Positions 1 through 10,101 are shown, numbered from the stretch's first letter. The stretch is 64,000 bases of DNA from Polyangiaceae bacterium (GCA_965222375.1 CBDCTZ010000015.1:1571170-1635169); one strand, 5' to 3'. Notes: generated from the sequence alone by a model not told the origin. Program-made: numbers and translations.

Positions 1-18
1 ATCTTCTTCTCCAACTAA
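1..18 (+). CDS. 3' end of a gene entering from the left (..IFFSN*)
   Basis: ATC TTC TTC TCC AAC TAA, followed closely by a hairpin and T-run. Confidence 0.4.
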   Translation: MFFSN

Positions 19-35
19 GCGTCATCGTCTGATGG

Positions 36-73
36 ACGGCGCGTCCCCACCAGGGCGCGCCGTTTTCCTTTTT
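36..73 (+). terminator. Intrinsic terminator, possibly bidirectional
   Basis: Stem ACGGCGCGTCC / GGGCGCGCCGT followed by TTTCCTTTTT; lies next to the stop of the convergent gene at 75. Confidence 0.7.
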
Positions 74-74
74 G

Positions 75-545
75 TCAGCCCGCGTCGGGACGAGTTTGGA
101 TCGGGGGCAGCCCCGGCAGCTGCAGCACCACGCGCCACTGGTCGTCCTCGAGAATGCAACGAACCTCGTGTCGCTGCGAGCCGGTGTCTTCGCCAAACAC
201 GGTGACCACCGCCCACTGTCCGCTCACCGCGGATTCGTACTTCTTCGGCTTGAATCGCAGGGTGAAACGCGAGGGTACGAGCATCTCCTCGGGCGCGACG
301 TTGCGACCCGACAGGGCGCTCGCCCGTTTGGCTCGCTCGGCTAGGTTGTTCTTGGCTTCGGACCAGAGCAGGTCGTAGGCAGCGCGCGCGGCTTTGGGTT
401 CTCCGTGGTGGCGACGCATGGCCATCACGAACTCTTCGACCACCGCCTCGGGAGACTCGTCGACCTGTTCCCGTTCACAGGCCAGCACCGTGGCCGACAA
501 AACGACCGCGCCCGCAAGACCCCAAGCCGACTCAGAAAACGTCAC
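75..545 (-). CDS. Hypothetical lipoprotein
   Basis: 156 aa ORF with hydrophobic signal and lipobox VLAC; start overlaps the trpS stop (GTGA). Confidence 0.75.
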   Translation of the reverse strand: MTFSESAWGLAGAVVLSATVLACEREQVDESPEAVVEEFVMAMRRHHGEPKAARAAYDLLWSEAKNNLAERAKRASALSGRNVAPEEMLVPSRFTLRFKPKKYESAVSGQWAVVTVFGEDTGSQRHEVRCILEDDQWRVVLQLPGLPPIQTRPDAG

Positions 546-1555
546 TTCTTCGGGGCCTCGACCCGCAGACCCATCGCGTCCCGCACTTCCCGCAGGGTCT
601 CCGTGGCTATGCCGCGGGCAACGCCGGCACCATCCCCCAAGATTTCGAGAACGCGTTTTGGGTTATTACGCAGCTGTGCGGCGCGCTCTTGGATCGGCGC
701 TAGCTCCCGATTGACCGCCTCGGTGAGTCGCTTTTTGCAGTCGCCGCAGCCCAGCGCACCACTTCGGCAGTCGGCCTCGATTTCCTGGACGCCTCGTAGA
801 TCCGTGAGCGCTGTGTGGATGGTGAACACGTTGCAGACTTCCGGGCGCCCCGGGTCACCCAAACGCAGCTTCGTTTCGTCCGTGAAAGCGGACTTGAGTT
901 TTTTTTCGACCTTCTTGGGAGCGTCGAAGAGGTCAATGGAGTTGCCCTGGGATTTGCTCATCTTGGTCTTGCCATCCAGCCCCATGATGCGGCTGGTCTT
1001 GGTGAGCAAAGCCTTTGGCTCTGGGAATATCGCACCGTAACGGCGGTTGAAGCGCCGACAAATCTCTCGGGAGAGCTCCAAGTGTTGAACCTGGTCCTCC
1101 CCGACCGGCACCGCCGTCGCCTTGTAGACCAAGATGTCTGCGGCCATCAGGATTGGATAGGTGAACAGACCCGCGTTGACGTTGTGCTGATGCTGCTCGC
1201 TCTTGTCTTTGAACTGGGTCATCCGGTTCAAGTCGCCGATGGCGGTGACGGTGCCCAGATACCAGGATAGCTCCACGTGCTCAGGCACTTGGCTTTGCAC
1301 GAACAGCGTGCAGCGGTCCGCGTCCAGCCCCGCAGCAAGGTAACTCAGCGCAGTGCCGAAGATGCGCCCGGGCATCTCCTTGGGATCGTACTCGACCGTG
1401 GTGGAATGGGTGTCGACAACGCAAAAGATCGCCTCGTGCTGGCCGGCGTTGGTCAGGCGCACCCAATTGCTGAGCGCACCCAGGTAGTTGCCTAGGTGCA
1501 GCTCCCCACTGCCCGTGGGTTGCATGCCAGAGAAGATTCGCGGCGTCGGAGGCAT
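542..1555 (-). CDS. trpS: Tryptophan--tRNA ligase
   Basis: FSGMQPTG, HLGN (HIGH motif), VPVGEDQ and KMSKS motifs; start placed at MPPTPRIFSG. Confidence 0.97.
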   Translation of the reverse strand: MPPTPRIFSGMQPTGSGELHLGNYLGALSNWVRLTNAGQHEAIFCVVDTHSTTVEYDPKEMPGRIFGTALSYLAAGLDADRCTLFVQSQVPEHVELSWYLGTVTAIGDLNRMTQFKDKSEQHQHNVNAGLFTYPILMAADILVYKATAVPVGEDQVQHLELSREICRRFNRRYGAIFPEPKALLTKTSRIMGLDGKTKMSKSQGNSIDLFDAPKKVEKKLKSAFTDETKLRLGDPGRPEVCNVFTIHTALTDLRGVQEIEADCRSGALGCGDCKKRLTEAVNRELAPIQERAAQLRNNPKRVLEILGDGAGVARGIATETLREVRDAMGLRVEAPKK

Positions 1556-1661
1556 TGGAGGACAAGGGCGTAGCCAAGGCCGCGCCGCGCAGCAAGCTGC
1601 CTCGCCCAGCAACGTCCATTACTTGGCCCGTGGCGCTGGCCCCTCGCTACGATCCGAAACC

Positions 1662-2720
1662 ATGACGCAGAAATCTGCGCCGGTTCGCCTGGAATGGCCG
1701 GGAAAGACCTCTCCAAAGGCGGCTGTCACGGCCAGCTTGGAGCACTATCGCCACGGACATCCGTCGCAGATGCTCATCTCAGGAAACAACCTGCTGGCGC
1801 TGCACGCGCTGTCTCGACGGGCCATGCGCCCGGTCACCCTAGCCTATCTGGACCCACCATTTTTCACGGGCCGACAGCACGAACGCGTGAAGCGAACTCG
1901 CGACAAGAAAACCGGCGAGATGGTCAGGACCCTCAAGCCCGCGTTCGACGACCGCTGGGACGGCCTGGACGCCTACCTCAGTGAGCTCCGAGATCGCATC
2001 GCCGTCACCCGCGAACTCTTGGCACCCGACGGTTGCCTTGTCGTTCACGTGGATCCCAAAACTAGCCATTACATCAAAGTCGTGTGTGACGAAGTCTTCG
2101 GACCACGCTGCTTCGCGAGTGAGATCGTGTGGCGCTACCGGCGCTGGCCCGCAAAGACTCCGAACTTCCAGCGCGTGCACGACGTCCTGCTGCGCTACGT
2201 GCGCGACCCGGATCAGAAGCCGCGCTTTCGCCAGCTCTACGAGCCCCTTGCACCTTCGACCCTGGCGACTTGGGGCACCAAGAAGCAGCGCGCAGTCGTT
2301 GGCAAATCCGGCCGGCGCGTTCGCTCCAGCACCACGGAAGAGGCAACTCCCGGTGCACCCCTGGGCGATGTGTGGGACATCGGAATCGTGGCTCCCGTTT
2401 CCAAGGAGCGAACAGGCTACCCAACCCAAAAACCAGAGGCGTTGCTGGAACGGCTGATCCGAGCCTGCAGCCACGAAGGCGATCTGATCCTGGACCCCTA
2501 TGCGGGCAGCGGAACGACGCTAGCCGTGAGTGCGCGCCTTGGGCGCTGCACCATTGGGATAGATGAAAGCCCGGAAGCTCTACGGGTCGCGCGGAAGCGA
2601 CTCAAGGCCTTGGGAATTCGTCCCTTCGAAGAGCGCGTCGTGCAGGCACGGCCACCGAAACGAGCGTCGACACGCAGGGTCGTCTTGGAGCCCACCGAAG
2701 ACGAGCGTCTCGCCGGCTGA
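1662..2720 (+). CDS. Site-specific DNA methyltransferase (N6-A/N4-C, beta class)
   Basis: LEWPGK, catalytic DPPF, YPTQKPEALLER and SAM-binding DPYAGSGTT in beta-class order. Confidence 0.92.
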   Translation: MTQKSAPVRLEWPGKTSPKAAVTASLEHYRHGHPSQMLISGNNLLALHALSRRAMRPVTLAYLDPPFFTGRQHERVKRTRDKKTGEMVRTLKPAFDDRWDGLDAYLSELRDRIAVTRELLAPDGCLVVHVDPKTSHYIKVVCDEVFGPRCFASEIVWRYRRWPAKTPNFQRVHDVLLRYVRDPDQKPRFRQLYEPLAPSTLATWGTKKQRAVVGKSGRRVRSSTTEEATPGAPLGDVWDIGIVAPVSKERTGYPTQKPEALLERLIRACSHEGDLILDPYAGSGTTLAVSARLGRCTIGIDESPEALRVARKRLKALGIRPFEERVVQARPPKRASTRRVVLEPTEDERLAG

Positions 2721-2758
2721 GCCCGCCAGACCTTCCGTCGAGTTTCGTATTTCCTGCT

Positions 2759-3250
2759 ATGTTCTCGTCGCGGCGGCATGCCGCAGCAGCGACCGTGGCA
2801 CGAACCAAGACCAGTCCTCCCGCCAACCGGCGGGGCAGTCCAGAAGCAATCGCGAAGCGTCGAGCTGGGCGCGCGTTCAATGACCTGCTGGCGGGTGGAC
2901 CGCGGCGTGATGGCCGAAGCGAGAATCGTCGAAAGCGACTGCTGGAGGAGCTGGAGTCCGGCGTGACTTCCCGGGGCCGCCCGCTCAAGCCCTTGGAGCT
3001 GGTCGCGCACGCGCACGAGTTAATCGACTTGGGCGAGGATCCCAAACAGTTGCGACGCCTGACCAAGAAGCGACCAACGACTGAAACCGATGCGGCTCTA
3101 TTGGCCGCGGTGGTCGAACTACACCAGGCGTACGGCTTTCACGTCGAGGCCTACAGTGTCGTTGGCATCGAGCCCGAGGCGGTCTCCGACGCCATCGCCA
3201 AAGCCGAAAACAAGGCTGCAAGAGGTGCGAAGCGCCGCAAACGAAGCTAG
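2759..3250 (+). CDS. Hypothetical basic protein (start uncertain)
   Basis: 163 aa ORF filling the gap between co-oriented genes; no recognisable motif. Confidence 0.65.
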   Translation: MFSSRRHAAAATVARTKTSPPANRRGSPEAIAKRRAGRAFNDLLAGGPRRDGRSENRRKRLLEELESGVTSRGRPLKPLELVAHAHELIDLGEDPKQLRRLTKKRPTTETDAALLAAVVELHQAYGFHVEAYSVVGIEPEAVSDAIAKAENKAARGAKRRKRS

Positions 3251-3301
3251 CAGCTCTAGCCGGTGGCAGCCGACAGAAACCCGCGATAGAACGCTGCCAG
3301 G

Positions 3302-4297
3302 ATGAGACGCGCCGCTCGTGTCGGACTTTTCGTGGGCCTACTGCTCGCCGCTCCGCTTTCGCGAGCAGACAGTGACACCACCGCCCTGGTGTCAGTCGGG
3401 GAGAGCTCGCTGAGCTCGGCCGAGGTCGAACAGCGTTTGCGTGCATTGGCCCCATTCCAACTGCAGGCCCTGGGTTCCAGTCCTGAAGAGGTTCGGCGCA
3501 AGTTCGTTCAGAATCAGGTGGTACCCGAGCTGCTGTACGTCGAAGAGAGCAAGCGCCGAAAGCTGGAGGAAAAGCGGACCGTGGCCGACCGGATTCGCGA
3601 TGTGTTGCGTCAGGCGTTGGAGCGGGATGTCCGGGAGAGGATTACGAAGGAGCAGCCCGTCACACCCGATGAGATCAAGGAGTACTACAACCAGAACTCG
3701 CACAAGTTCAACACGCCTCAACGGATCAAGCTCTGGCGCATCCTCGTCGACGACGAGGCTACCGCGACGAAGATCCTCTCCGAGGTCAGCGACAGTGGCG
3801 TGAAGAGCACCGTGCTCTGGACCAAGCTCGCTCGCGACAAGTCCTTGGACAAAGCAACCTCGATGCGCGATGGCGATTTGGGTTTCGTGCACCCGGATGG
3901 CAAGACCGAGACTCCTTCAGTTCGAGTCGATCCAGCGTTGTTTACGGCGGCTCAGAAGCTGAAGGACGGCCAGCTCGTACCCAAACCCGTCAAAGAGGGC
4001 GAGCGTTGGGCCGTGGTTTGGCGCCGTGGCAGCATGCCCGCAGTCACGCGAACCCTCGCTCAAGAAGAGCGAACCATTCGTCAGATCTTGATGCGAAACA
4101 AACTCAAAGAGGGCTTGGACGAAGTGGTCGCGAAGCTAGAGCGGGACGCGAAGATCACCAAGAACACGGGCCTGCTGTCCTTCGTGGGTATCGACCCCAT
4201 GGGCGATCTCACGGAGCGCGCTCGGCCTGGAATCATCCCGCGACACAAACCCGCAACGCCCATTTCGCCGCGCGCCAGTGAGCGCGGCCTGCGCTAG
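3302..4297 (+). CDS. PpiC/SurA-type peptidyl-prolyl cis-trans isomerase, exported
   Basis: Signal peptide; EIKEYYNQN, RILV and SLDKATSMRDGDLGF parvulin-like motifs. Confidence 0.85.
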   Translation: MRRAARVGLFVGLLLAAPLSRADSDTTALVSVGESSLSSAEVEQRLRALAPFQLQALGSSPEEVRRKFVQNQVVPELLYVEESKRRKLEEKRTVADRIRDVLRQALERDVRERITKEQPVTPDEIKEYYNQNSHKFNTPQRIKLWRILVDDEATATKILSEVSDSGVKSTVLWTKLARDKSLDKATSMRDGDLGFVHPDGKTETPSVRVDPALFTAAQKLKDGQLVPKPVKEGERWAVVWRRGSMPAVTRTLAQEERTIRQILMRNKLKEGLDEVVAKLERDAKITKNTGLLSFVGIDPMGDLTERARPGIIPRHKPATPISPRASERGLR

Positions 4298-4725
4298 GTC
4301 GACCGCTTGCGACCTCGAAGCGGCCAGCCCAGCTGCTTCAACACGCCCCGCAGCACGCGCTCCTCGTCCCGAGCGCGCAGCTGGTAGATGAGAAAACGCT
4401 GAGTCTTGCCCTTGGCCGCACCTTCGGCCGCCCGCTCGTAGTTCTCGAGCACGAGCAGCAGATGCGGGTGCGCCAGAGCAACCTCCTTCGGCACCGTCAT
4501 CTTGCCCGCCGCCTTCACACGCGCACTGGCGAGGGTGTGGATGACCTTGGCCAGTTCCTTGTCCGACAGGCGAGCACGCAGATAGTCCGCGTCGCGGGCG
4601 GCCTCATTCACCAGCAGGGCCGCGCGGTCCAAGTAGCTCCCCGCGCGGGCGGGAAGGGCGAAACTGGCCAGAAACGCGCCAGTCATGGTCACGAAGGCCC
4701 GACGCCGAAACTCACGCTCAATCAC
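4294..4725 (-). CDS. Hypothetical exported protein
   Basis: RRAF twin-arginine-like signal; overlaps the rnc stop. Confidence 0.7.
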   Translation of the reverse strand: MIEREFRRRAFVTMTGAFLASFALPARAGSYLDRAALLVNEAARDADYLRARLSDKELAKVIHTLASARVKAAGKMTVPKEVALAHPHLLLVLENYERAAEGAAKGKTQRFLIYQLRARDEERVLRGVLKQLGWPLRGRKRST

Positions 4726-5455
4726 TGCTTTCCTCCTTGAACTCTTCTCGCTGGAGCGCCTCCTCGGCGGCTTGGAACTCCGCGGCTCGTTTGCTGCGCC
4801 CTCGGCCCCGACCGAGTTCGCGTTCTTCTACCCGGACGACGACCTCGAAAGATCGCGCATGGTCCGGCCCTTCCGCCAGGACGACCTCGTACACCGGTGG
4901 CCCAAGCCCACGAGCCTGAGCGCGCTCTTGAAGCGAACTCTTTGGGTCGCGCTCGGCTGCCGCGTCCATCTGTTCGAGGCGGGAAGCGATGATGTGCTCA
5001 CACAAGCCCTGCGCAGCAGGAAGCCCCTTGCCCAGGTATATGGCTGCGATGAGCGCCTCTACGGCGTCTGCAAGCACGTTGGTGCTATCCCGGAGCCCAC
5101 CTGCCTCAGCGCCGCGCCCGAGCCTCAGAACGGGCGCTACGCCGCATTGACGCGCCCACACCGCCAACGCCTCGGCGTTGACGAGCCGCGCGCGCATCCG
5201 CGTCAGCGAGCCCTCGTCGGCATCCGGAAAGCGGCGATACAGCAAGTCTGCGGTACAGAAGCCAAGAACCGCGTCGCCCAAGAACTCCAAACGCTGATTG
5301 TGTTCGACCTGGCCCTGTTCGTTCGCGAACGATGGATGCGTCAGTGCCATCAGCACCAACGGGTCTTCCTCGGCGAAGCCAAGTTCGGCCGCGAACTCGC
5401 TCATGGTCCCGGGGATAGCTCGAAACGCCTCGGCGGTCATCGCACGAAATGACAC
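4718..5455 (-). CDS. rnc: Ribonuclease III (start uncertain)
   Basis: ALTHPSF, NQRLEFLGDAVLG, LADAVEALIAAIYL and C-terminal dsRBD (DPKSSLQE..GPDH..GRSKRAAE). Confidence 0.97.
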   Translation of the reverse strand: MSFRAMTAEAFRAIPGTMSEFAAELGFAEEDPLVLMALTHPSFANEQGQVEHNQRLEFLGDAVLGFCTADLLYRRFPDADEGSLTRMRARLVNAEALAVWARQCGVAPVLRLGRGAEAGGLRDSTNVLADAVEALIAAIYLGKGLPAAQGLCEHIIASRLEQMDAAAERDPKSSLQERAQARGLGPPVYEVVLAEGPDHARSFEVVVRVEERELGRGRGRSKRAAEFQAAEEALQREEFKEESSD

Positions 5456-5534
5456 ATTGCGTCATTCGGCCCGGGGAACACCGCCGAAGCGTTGGTGTCG
5501 GTGGAATGTGGCCTGGGTCAGCTATGCTCCAGCG

Positions 5535-6200
5535 GTGGCGCTTCTAGCGTGCCCCTTCTGTCGGGAGTTATTTTCCAAAGGCGAGGCCGATCAGTGCCCA
5601 GAATGCGGGGTGCACCTGCGCGGGATGGACTCCCTGCCGCCATCCCTCGAGGTTCTGGCTGAAGAGGCGGCATCCGGCGAGATGACTCCGCCGGAGCATC
5701 GCACCCTGCCGTGGTGGTACTTCGGGCGAAGCAAAGGGCTTCTGTTGGTCTTGTCGGTCATTGGGTTGCTCCTGTTCTTCGCGCCCTGGGTCGACATGCG
5801 ACGTCCAGAGTTAGTCAGCCTGTCGGGCTTCGACCTAGCGCGAGGCCGCGCGGGTTGGCTGTGGGGCGGCGCCGTGGCCTGGTTCATCATGCTGCCATTA
5901 GTGTGGACACGGCGTAGCCTCTTCAAGATGCGCGGCGTGCGCATCGTGTGTGCCGTGTTCGCCGCGATGACGTTGGGCGAAGTGGCCATGATGGCTTCGC
6001 TGCCTCCTGGTGGCAGCCGCTACCTGAGCGTGGACTACTCCTGGGGTTGGGGAATGTGGGCCAGCGGCATCGTGAGCGTCCTGGGCATCATCGCAGCGGC
6101 GCGCTTCGGCGGCAGCCTGCGAGATCTTCCGGCATTGCCATGGCTGGGGCAACACGCCGACGCCGCCACTCTGAAGAGCGGCAGCGAGACCCTGCACTAG
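5535..6200 (+). CDS. Membrane protein with N-terminal zinc ribbon
   Basis: CPFC..CPEC followed by about 4 hydrophobic helices; GTG start 6 nt after TATGCT. Confidence 0.75.
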   Translation: MALLACPFCRELFSKGEADQCPECGVHLRGMDSLPPSLEVLAEEAASGEMTPPEHRTLPWWYFGRSKGLLLVLSVIGLLLFFAPWVDMRRPELVSLSGFDLARGRAGWLWGGAVAWFIMLPLVWTRRSLFKMRGVRIVCAVFAAMTLGEVAMMASLPPGGSRYLSVDYSWGWGMWASGIVSVLGIIAAARFGGSLRDLPALPWLGQHADAATLKSGSETLH

Positions 6201-6226
6201 CCGGAAAACAGCGAAGCCAAGCTCGA

Positions 6227-6469
6227 TCCAGAGATGCTCTGGCGTTCCGCGACCCGCACCGGAGCGCGCGAGACAAGGACCCGAGGCCGTCTAGAGATGC
6301 TCTGGCGTCCGCGACCCGCGTCGGACCGCACAAAACAGAGACCCAACGCCGTCCAGAGATGCTTTGGCGCTCCGCGACCCACGCTCTGACCGCACAAAAC
6401 AGGGACCCAACGCCACCCAGGGATGCTTTGGCGCTCCCCGCACTGCATCGGACTGCACAAACCGGAACT
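6227..6469. repeat. Four imperfect 62-64 bp intergenic tandem repeats with a palindromic core
   Basis: Units start at 6227, 6290, 6352 and 6416; core CCAGAG-ATG-CTCTGG followed by CG(T/C)TCCGCGACCC..GACCGCACAAAACAG. Confidence 0.85.
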
Positions 6470-6527
6470 TGGGCCCCTTTACGGGGCGTTTCCGAGACTC
6501 ATGCTAGCCTGACGCCGGAGGTTTCGA

Positions 6528-7364
6528 ATGGCAGCCAAGCGCCTCCAACAGGATTCTGCGGCTCAAGTGCGCGAAGAAGAGCCGTCTCTGGAACTGATCG
6601 ACGTTCCCGCGGCGGTGGTTTGCGCGCACTGCGGAGCCCCAGATTGTCCCGGCTGCTTAGGCGCAGATGAGCCCACGCATGGTAGCGGCGTTGTCGCTAT
6701 CGTGCCCTGGGAGCGCCCTGACGGCTCGGCTGCGGCGCGTTTCTGGCACACGGCCAAGCTTGCCACATTGGAGAGCCAGCCCTTCTTCACCGCGCTGCCC
6801 GAGGGCGCCGTGGGTCCCGCGATCAGCTTCGCCGTCCTCGCCGAGTTGCTCGCGGTTTCGAGCATCGTGGTCGTGGTCGGCGCTGCAGCCATGGCTCTCG
6901 TTCCCAACCTGCCCGCCCTGTTCGTGAATGATCCCGGGCTGCGTTCCTGGGTCGCCGGCAGCGTCGCGTGGATGGTGCCCGGCCTCTCTCTGTCCATGGT
7001 CTGCCTGCACGCGCTGCACGGCTATGCCCTCGACCTTGCAGCAAAGCGCGCGGGCTCGACCCGAAACAAGGCCCGGGGCGTGCGCTTCGGATTGTACTCC
7101 TGCGCCTGGGACTTCGTGACCCTGCCCGTGGGTTGGGTGTCCCTGCTCCTGGACGAGGGCCTCGGCGCCGCCATGAAGGCGATTCCCCTGGCCCTGAACG
7201 TCCCCGGCCGCGCATCGCGAGCCTATTTGCGCGGCTTCCACCGCCTGGACGAAGCCAGCGCGCGTCGCGCCAGCCGAGGAGCCGTCTTGCTCGCCGGAAC
7301 CGTCGCAGTCATCACGTCCTTGCTGGTCGGCGCTGCCTACGTGGCGCTTGTGTTCCTGGGGTAG
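6528..7364 (+). CDS. Hypothetical membrane protein with Cys cluster
   Basis: GGAGG RBS; CAHCGAPDCPGC, IVPWER, several TM segments. Confidence 0.8.
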   Translation: MAAKRLQQDSAAQVREEEPSLELIDVPAAVVCAHCGAPDCPGCLGADEPTHGSGVVAIVPWERPDGSAAARFWHTAKLATLESQPFFTALPEGAVGPAISFAVLAELLAVSSIVVVVGAAAMALVPNLPALFVNDPGLRSWVAGSVAWMVPGLSLSMVCLHALHGYALDLAAKRAGSTRNKARGVRFGLYSCAWDFVTLPVGWVSLLLDEGLGAAMKAIPLALNVPGRASRAYLRGFHRLDEASARRASRGAVLLAGTVAVITSLLVGAAYVALVFLG

Positions 7365-7923
7365 ATGGCAAACTTCGGGGGTTGCTCCGGCAACTGCACC
7401 CGCGCTCCGCCACTTCGAGGATTTGTGGCACCACGGCAGGGCCCCCGAACGCCTGCGAAGTCCCGGGCAGCGCGCGAAAGGCGTGCGGCGCGCGGGACCG
7501 CGGAAGCGCGCGAAAGGCGCGCGGGACTGCGGAAGCGCGCGCGACGTAGCGGGGAACACGCGGCAAGCGCGATAGCAGGGACATTGAGGTGCCAACGAAA
7601 GCGACGCACTCAACGGTACTGACTTCATGAGTTGGATGTTGGGGATCAATACTGCCGTCATCGAAGGTTCATCCAAGGCCGGTGTTGGATCGATGCCAAT
7701 GGGGCAGAGGGCCGTCGCCTGCCGTTTGTCGCGGCAGACGCGTTTCGTTGCGCCGGTGGGCGTTGGCTTCCAGGATGAGCCCACACAGGGTTCGAGGGCA
7801 CCGTGGCTGCCGTGCAAACATCGAGCAACAGAAGCCTTCAATGTACCCCTGCGCCCAGCTCCTCAACACGTCTCAATCGGGTCACAGCGGGCATGAGTGG
7901 CATTCGCCCACGCGGCACCGACT

Positions 7924-8031
7924 CGACACACGCTGGTCACGCGACACACGCTGGTCACGCGACACGCGCTGGTCACGCGACACGCGCTGGTCACGCGACA
8001 CACGCTGGTCACGCGACACGCGCTGGTCACG
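7924..8031. repeat. Six tandem 18-bp repeats CGACAC(A/G)CGCTGGTCACG
   Basis: Counted directly; the variable base runs A,A,G,G,A,G. Confidence 0.95.
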
Positions 8032-8044
8032 CGGAAGAAAGCTG

Positions 8045-10101
8045 CTAGGGGACCAGAATCGCGAGCGCTTATCGCAAGAGAGCGGCCAGGTGCTCGGCGC
8101 GCGGGCTGTGGGCGTCACCTCGATACGCCAGCGAAGCCACAGCCCTCTTCGACTCTCCGCGCCGAAAGCCCATGTGCGTCAGCGCACTGATGAGCTGGGA
8201 CTCCACGGCCACCGAGTCCACGCAGGCTTGGTAACGCTCGCCCCCCAGGGGTTCAAGTGGTTCCGCCTCCAGCTCGGCCCCTCCGCCCGGCACATGCTGG
8301 AGCGAACGGAGTGACTCACTGGCGCAGAGTTCACGAGCGTCGTCCACGCGGCAGCCAGGTGCGTCGGGTGTCGGAGGTTCGCCGGCGCTGCTTGTGCGAC
8401 GGCTCAGCGCGTCGGTTGCCACAATTTCGTCTGAGTTCAGCGCGTTGTTCGACGCAGGTTCGTCGGCGCTACTTGTGCGGCGGCTCTGCGTGTCGGTTGC
8501 CACAATTTCGTCTGAGTTCAGCGCGTTGTTCGACGCAGGTTCGCCGGCGCTGCTTGTGCGGCGGCTCTGCGCGTCGGTTGCCACAATTTCGTCTGAGTTC
8601 GGCGCGTTGTTCGACGCAGGTTCGTCGGCATCGCTCTTCCGGCAGCCCATCGGGTCGAGGGTCGCGGGAAGTTCAGTGTTGGTCTCTTCAAGCGCGCGCC
8701 GCGTTGCACCGTCCAACCTCTGCTGGCGAAGGCGAATTACGCTGCCCCCGGAATCTCGCTCGACTAGCCCCTCGACGTCTGCCGCTCCAGCGGCTTCTTC
8801 AAGGGCGCCTTGCGATTCGCCGTCCAACCTCTGCTGGCGAAGGCGAACTACGCCGGCGACAGAACGTCGACCGGCCGTCATCCGAACGCCTGCGTCTGCG
8901 CCACGAGATTCGTCGAGTACGCCCTGCGACTGTCCGTCCAACCTCTGCTGGCGAAGGCGAATTCTGCTCTCAACGTATTTGCGTCCGAAGACCTTCTCGG
9001 CCTCGAACAAGTTGTGCGCGCGGCACAGCAAGCGCCCGTTGCGAGTCGTGCCAGCGCCACCACAGGCGCGCGGATTCTCGTGGTCGAGCTGTGCGAACGC
9101 GCGCGCTTGGCAGCGCTCTCCACTTGGCGACACGTACGTGACGCGCTTCGTGATACCCGACGGGGTGCACTGCTCGCCATCGCGCTCGTAGATCTCCCGC
9201 CGGGCCTGGCGGGAAAAGTCGCCGTGCTTGGTACCAGGAGAGCGCCGCGGTTTGTCCGTCTTGCCGAGCTTCTTCTTTTCCAGATCTGCCAGCACCAGAT
9301 CGAGCCCCCGCTCGAGGACCGTCGCCAAGTCTCGTTTCGGGTTCGAGTGACTCATCAAGTCGAGCGCGCGCTCGAGCTTGTTCTTGAGGGTAATGCCCGC
9401 AGTAAACTGGATGTGAAACCGCTCCGCGGAAGCGGTGACACCCGAGGCCAGGGCTCGTGGAGTTCAACGGTCGCCTGTGGTGAAACTCCCGCACCCGATT
9501 GGCCCATCGCTGCGAGGGCAACCGCCTCTGGCGTTGAGTCCACCGCAACTGATGGGCCCGCCGCTGCGCCAACGGATTGGCCAGCAGCTGCGGCATCGCT
9601 TCCGAGCTGAACTCGCACGGGCACTGGACGGATCGAGTCCGCCACATCTGTGCGCGGGAGGCGCGAGCGGATCAGCAGCTCGACCTCGGCTTTGCTCTTG
9701 CCGCAGGCTTCGAGGAGCAGATCGGCGTGGTTGCTGTCCTTCAGGTGCGTCTGCAGCATGCTGAGCGTCGTCACGTGGATCCGCCCCTCCCGCAGCAGGT
9801 CCAGGACGATCGGGTATTTGCGCGCGACCCGCGCTGCCGCCAGGTGCCGATGCGCACTGCCCTCGCTGAGCTTCAGCTTGCGGCAGCAGAACTCGTACAT
9901 GGAGGAGCACGCCTCCCTCCGCTCCAACCGCCGCGCTTCCACCTCGACGAGGTAAGCCACGAGCTCCGCAGTGATCTTGCGCCGCGACGCAATGACGCTG
10001 CCCAGATTCGCGAGGACTTCATCGTCCGAGAGATGAGCCATGCGTTTCGAAATTCCAGCTGACGATGTGGCCCGCACGATCCCTGACGACGTGAGTTTCA
10101 T
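8045..10101 (-). pseudogene. HNH endonuclease-family protein (DUF222-like N-terminus, RuvA-C-like tail), frameshifted
   Basis: ORFs 9355-10101 and 8069-9358 join if one T is added near 9430 (..PLSAERFHIQFTA..KLERALDLMSH); HNH motif QLDHENPRACGG..NGRLLCRAHN; probable premature TAA at 8069 (LLR*ALAILVP). Confidence 0.8.
8375..8630. repeat. Three 81-bp (27 aa) in-frame repeats inside the HNH gene
   Basis: EPASNNA(L/P)NSDEIVATD..SRRTSSA x3; also RLRQQRLDG x3 near 8709, 8820 and 8934. Confidence 0.9.

Noticed and set aside
6227..6469. CRISPR array
   Set aside because: Putative spacers are homologous to each other, repeats are degenerate, and no cas genes are in the window
7682..8314. ORFs translating the 18-bp repeat (DTRWSR / TRHALV / SRDQRV)
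   Set aside because: Open in many frames only because the unit lacks stops; no RBS or domain support
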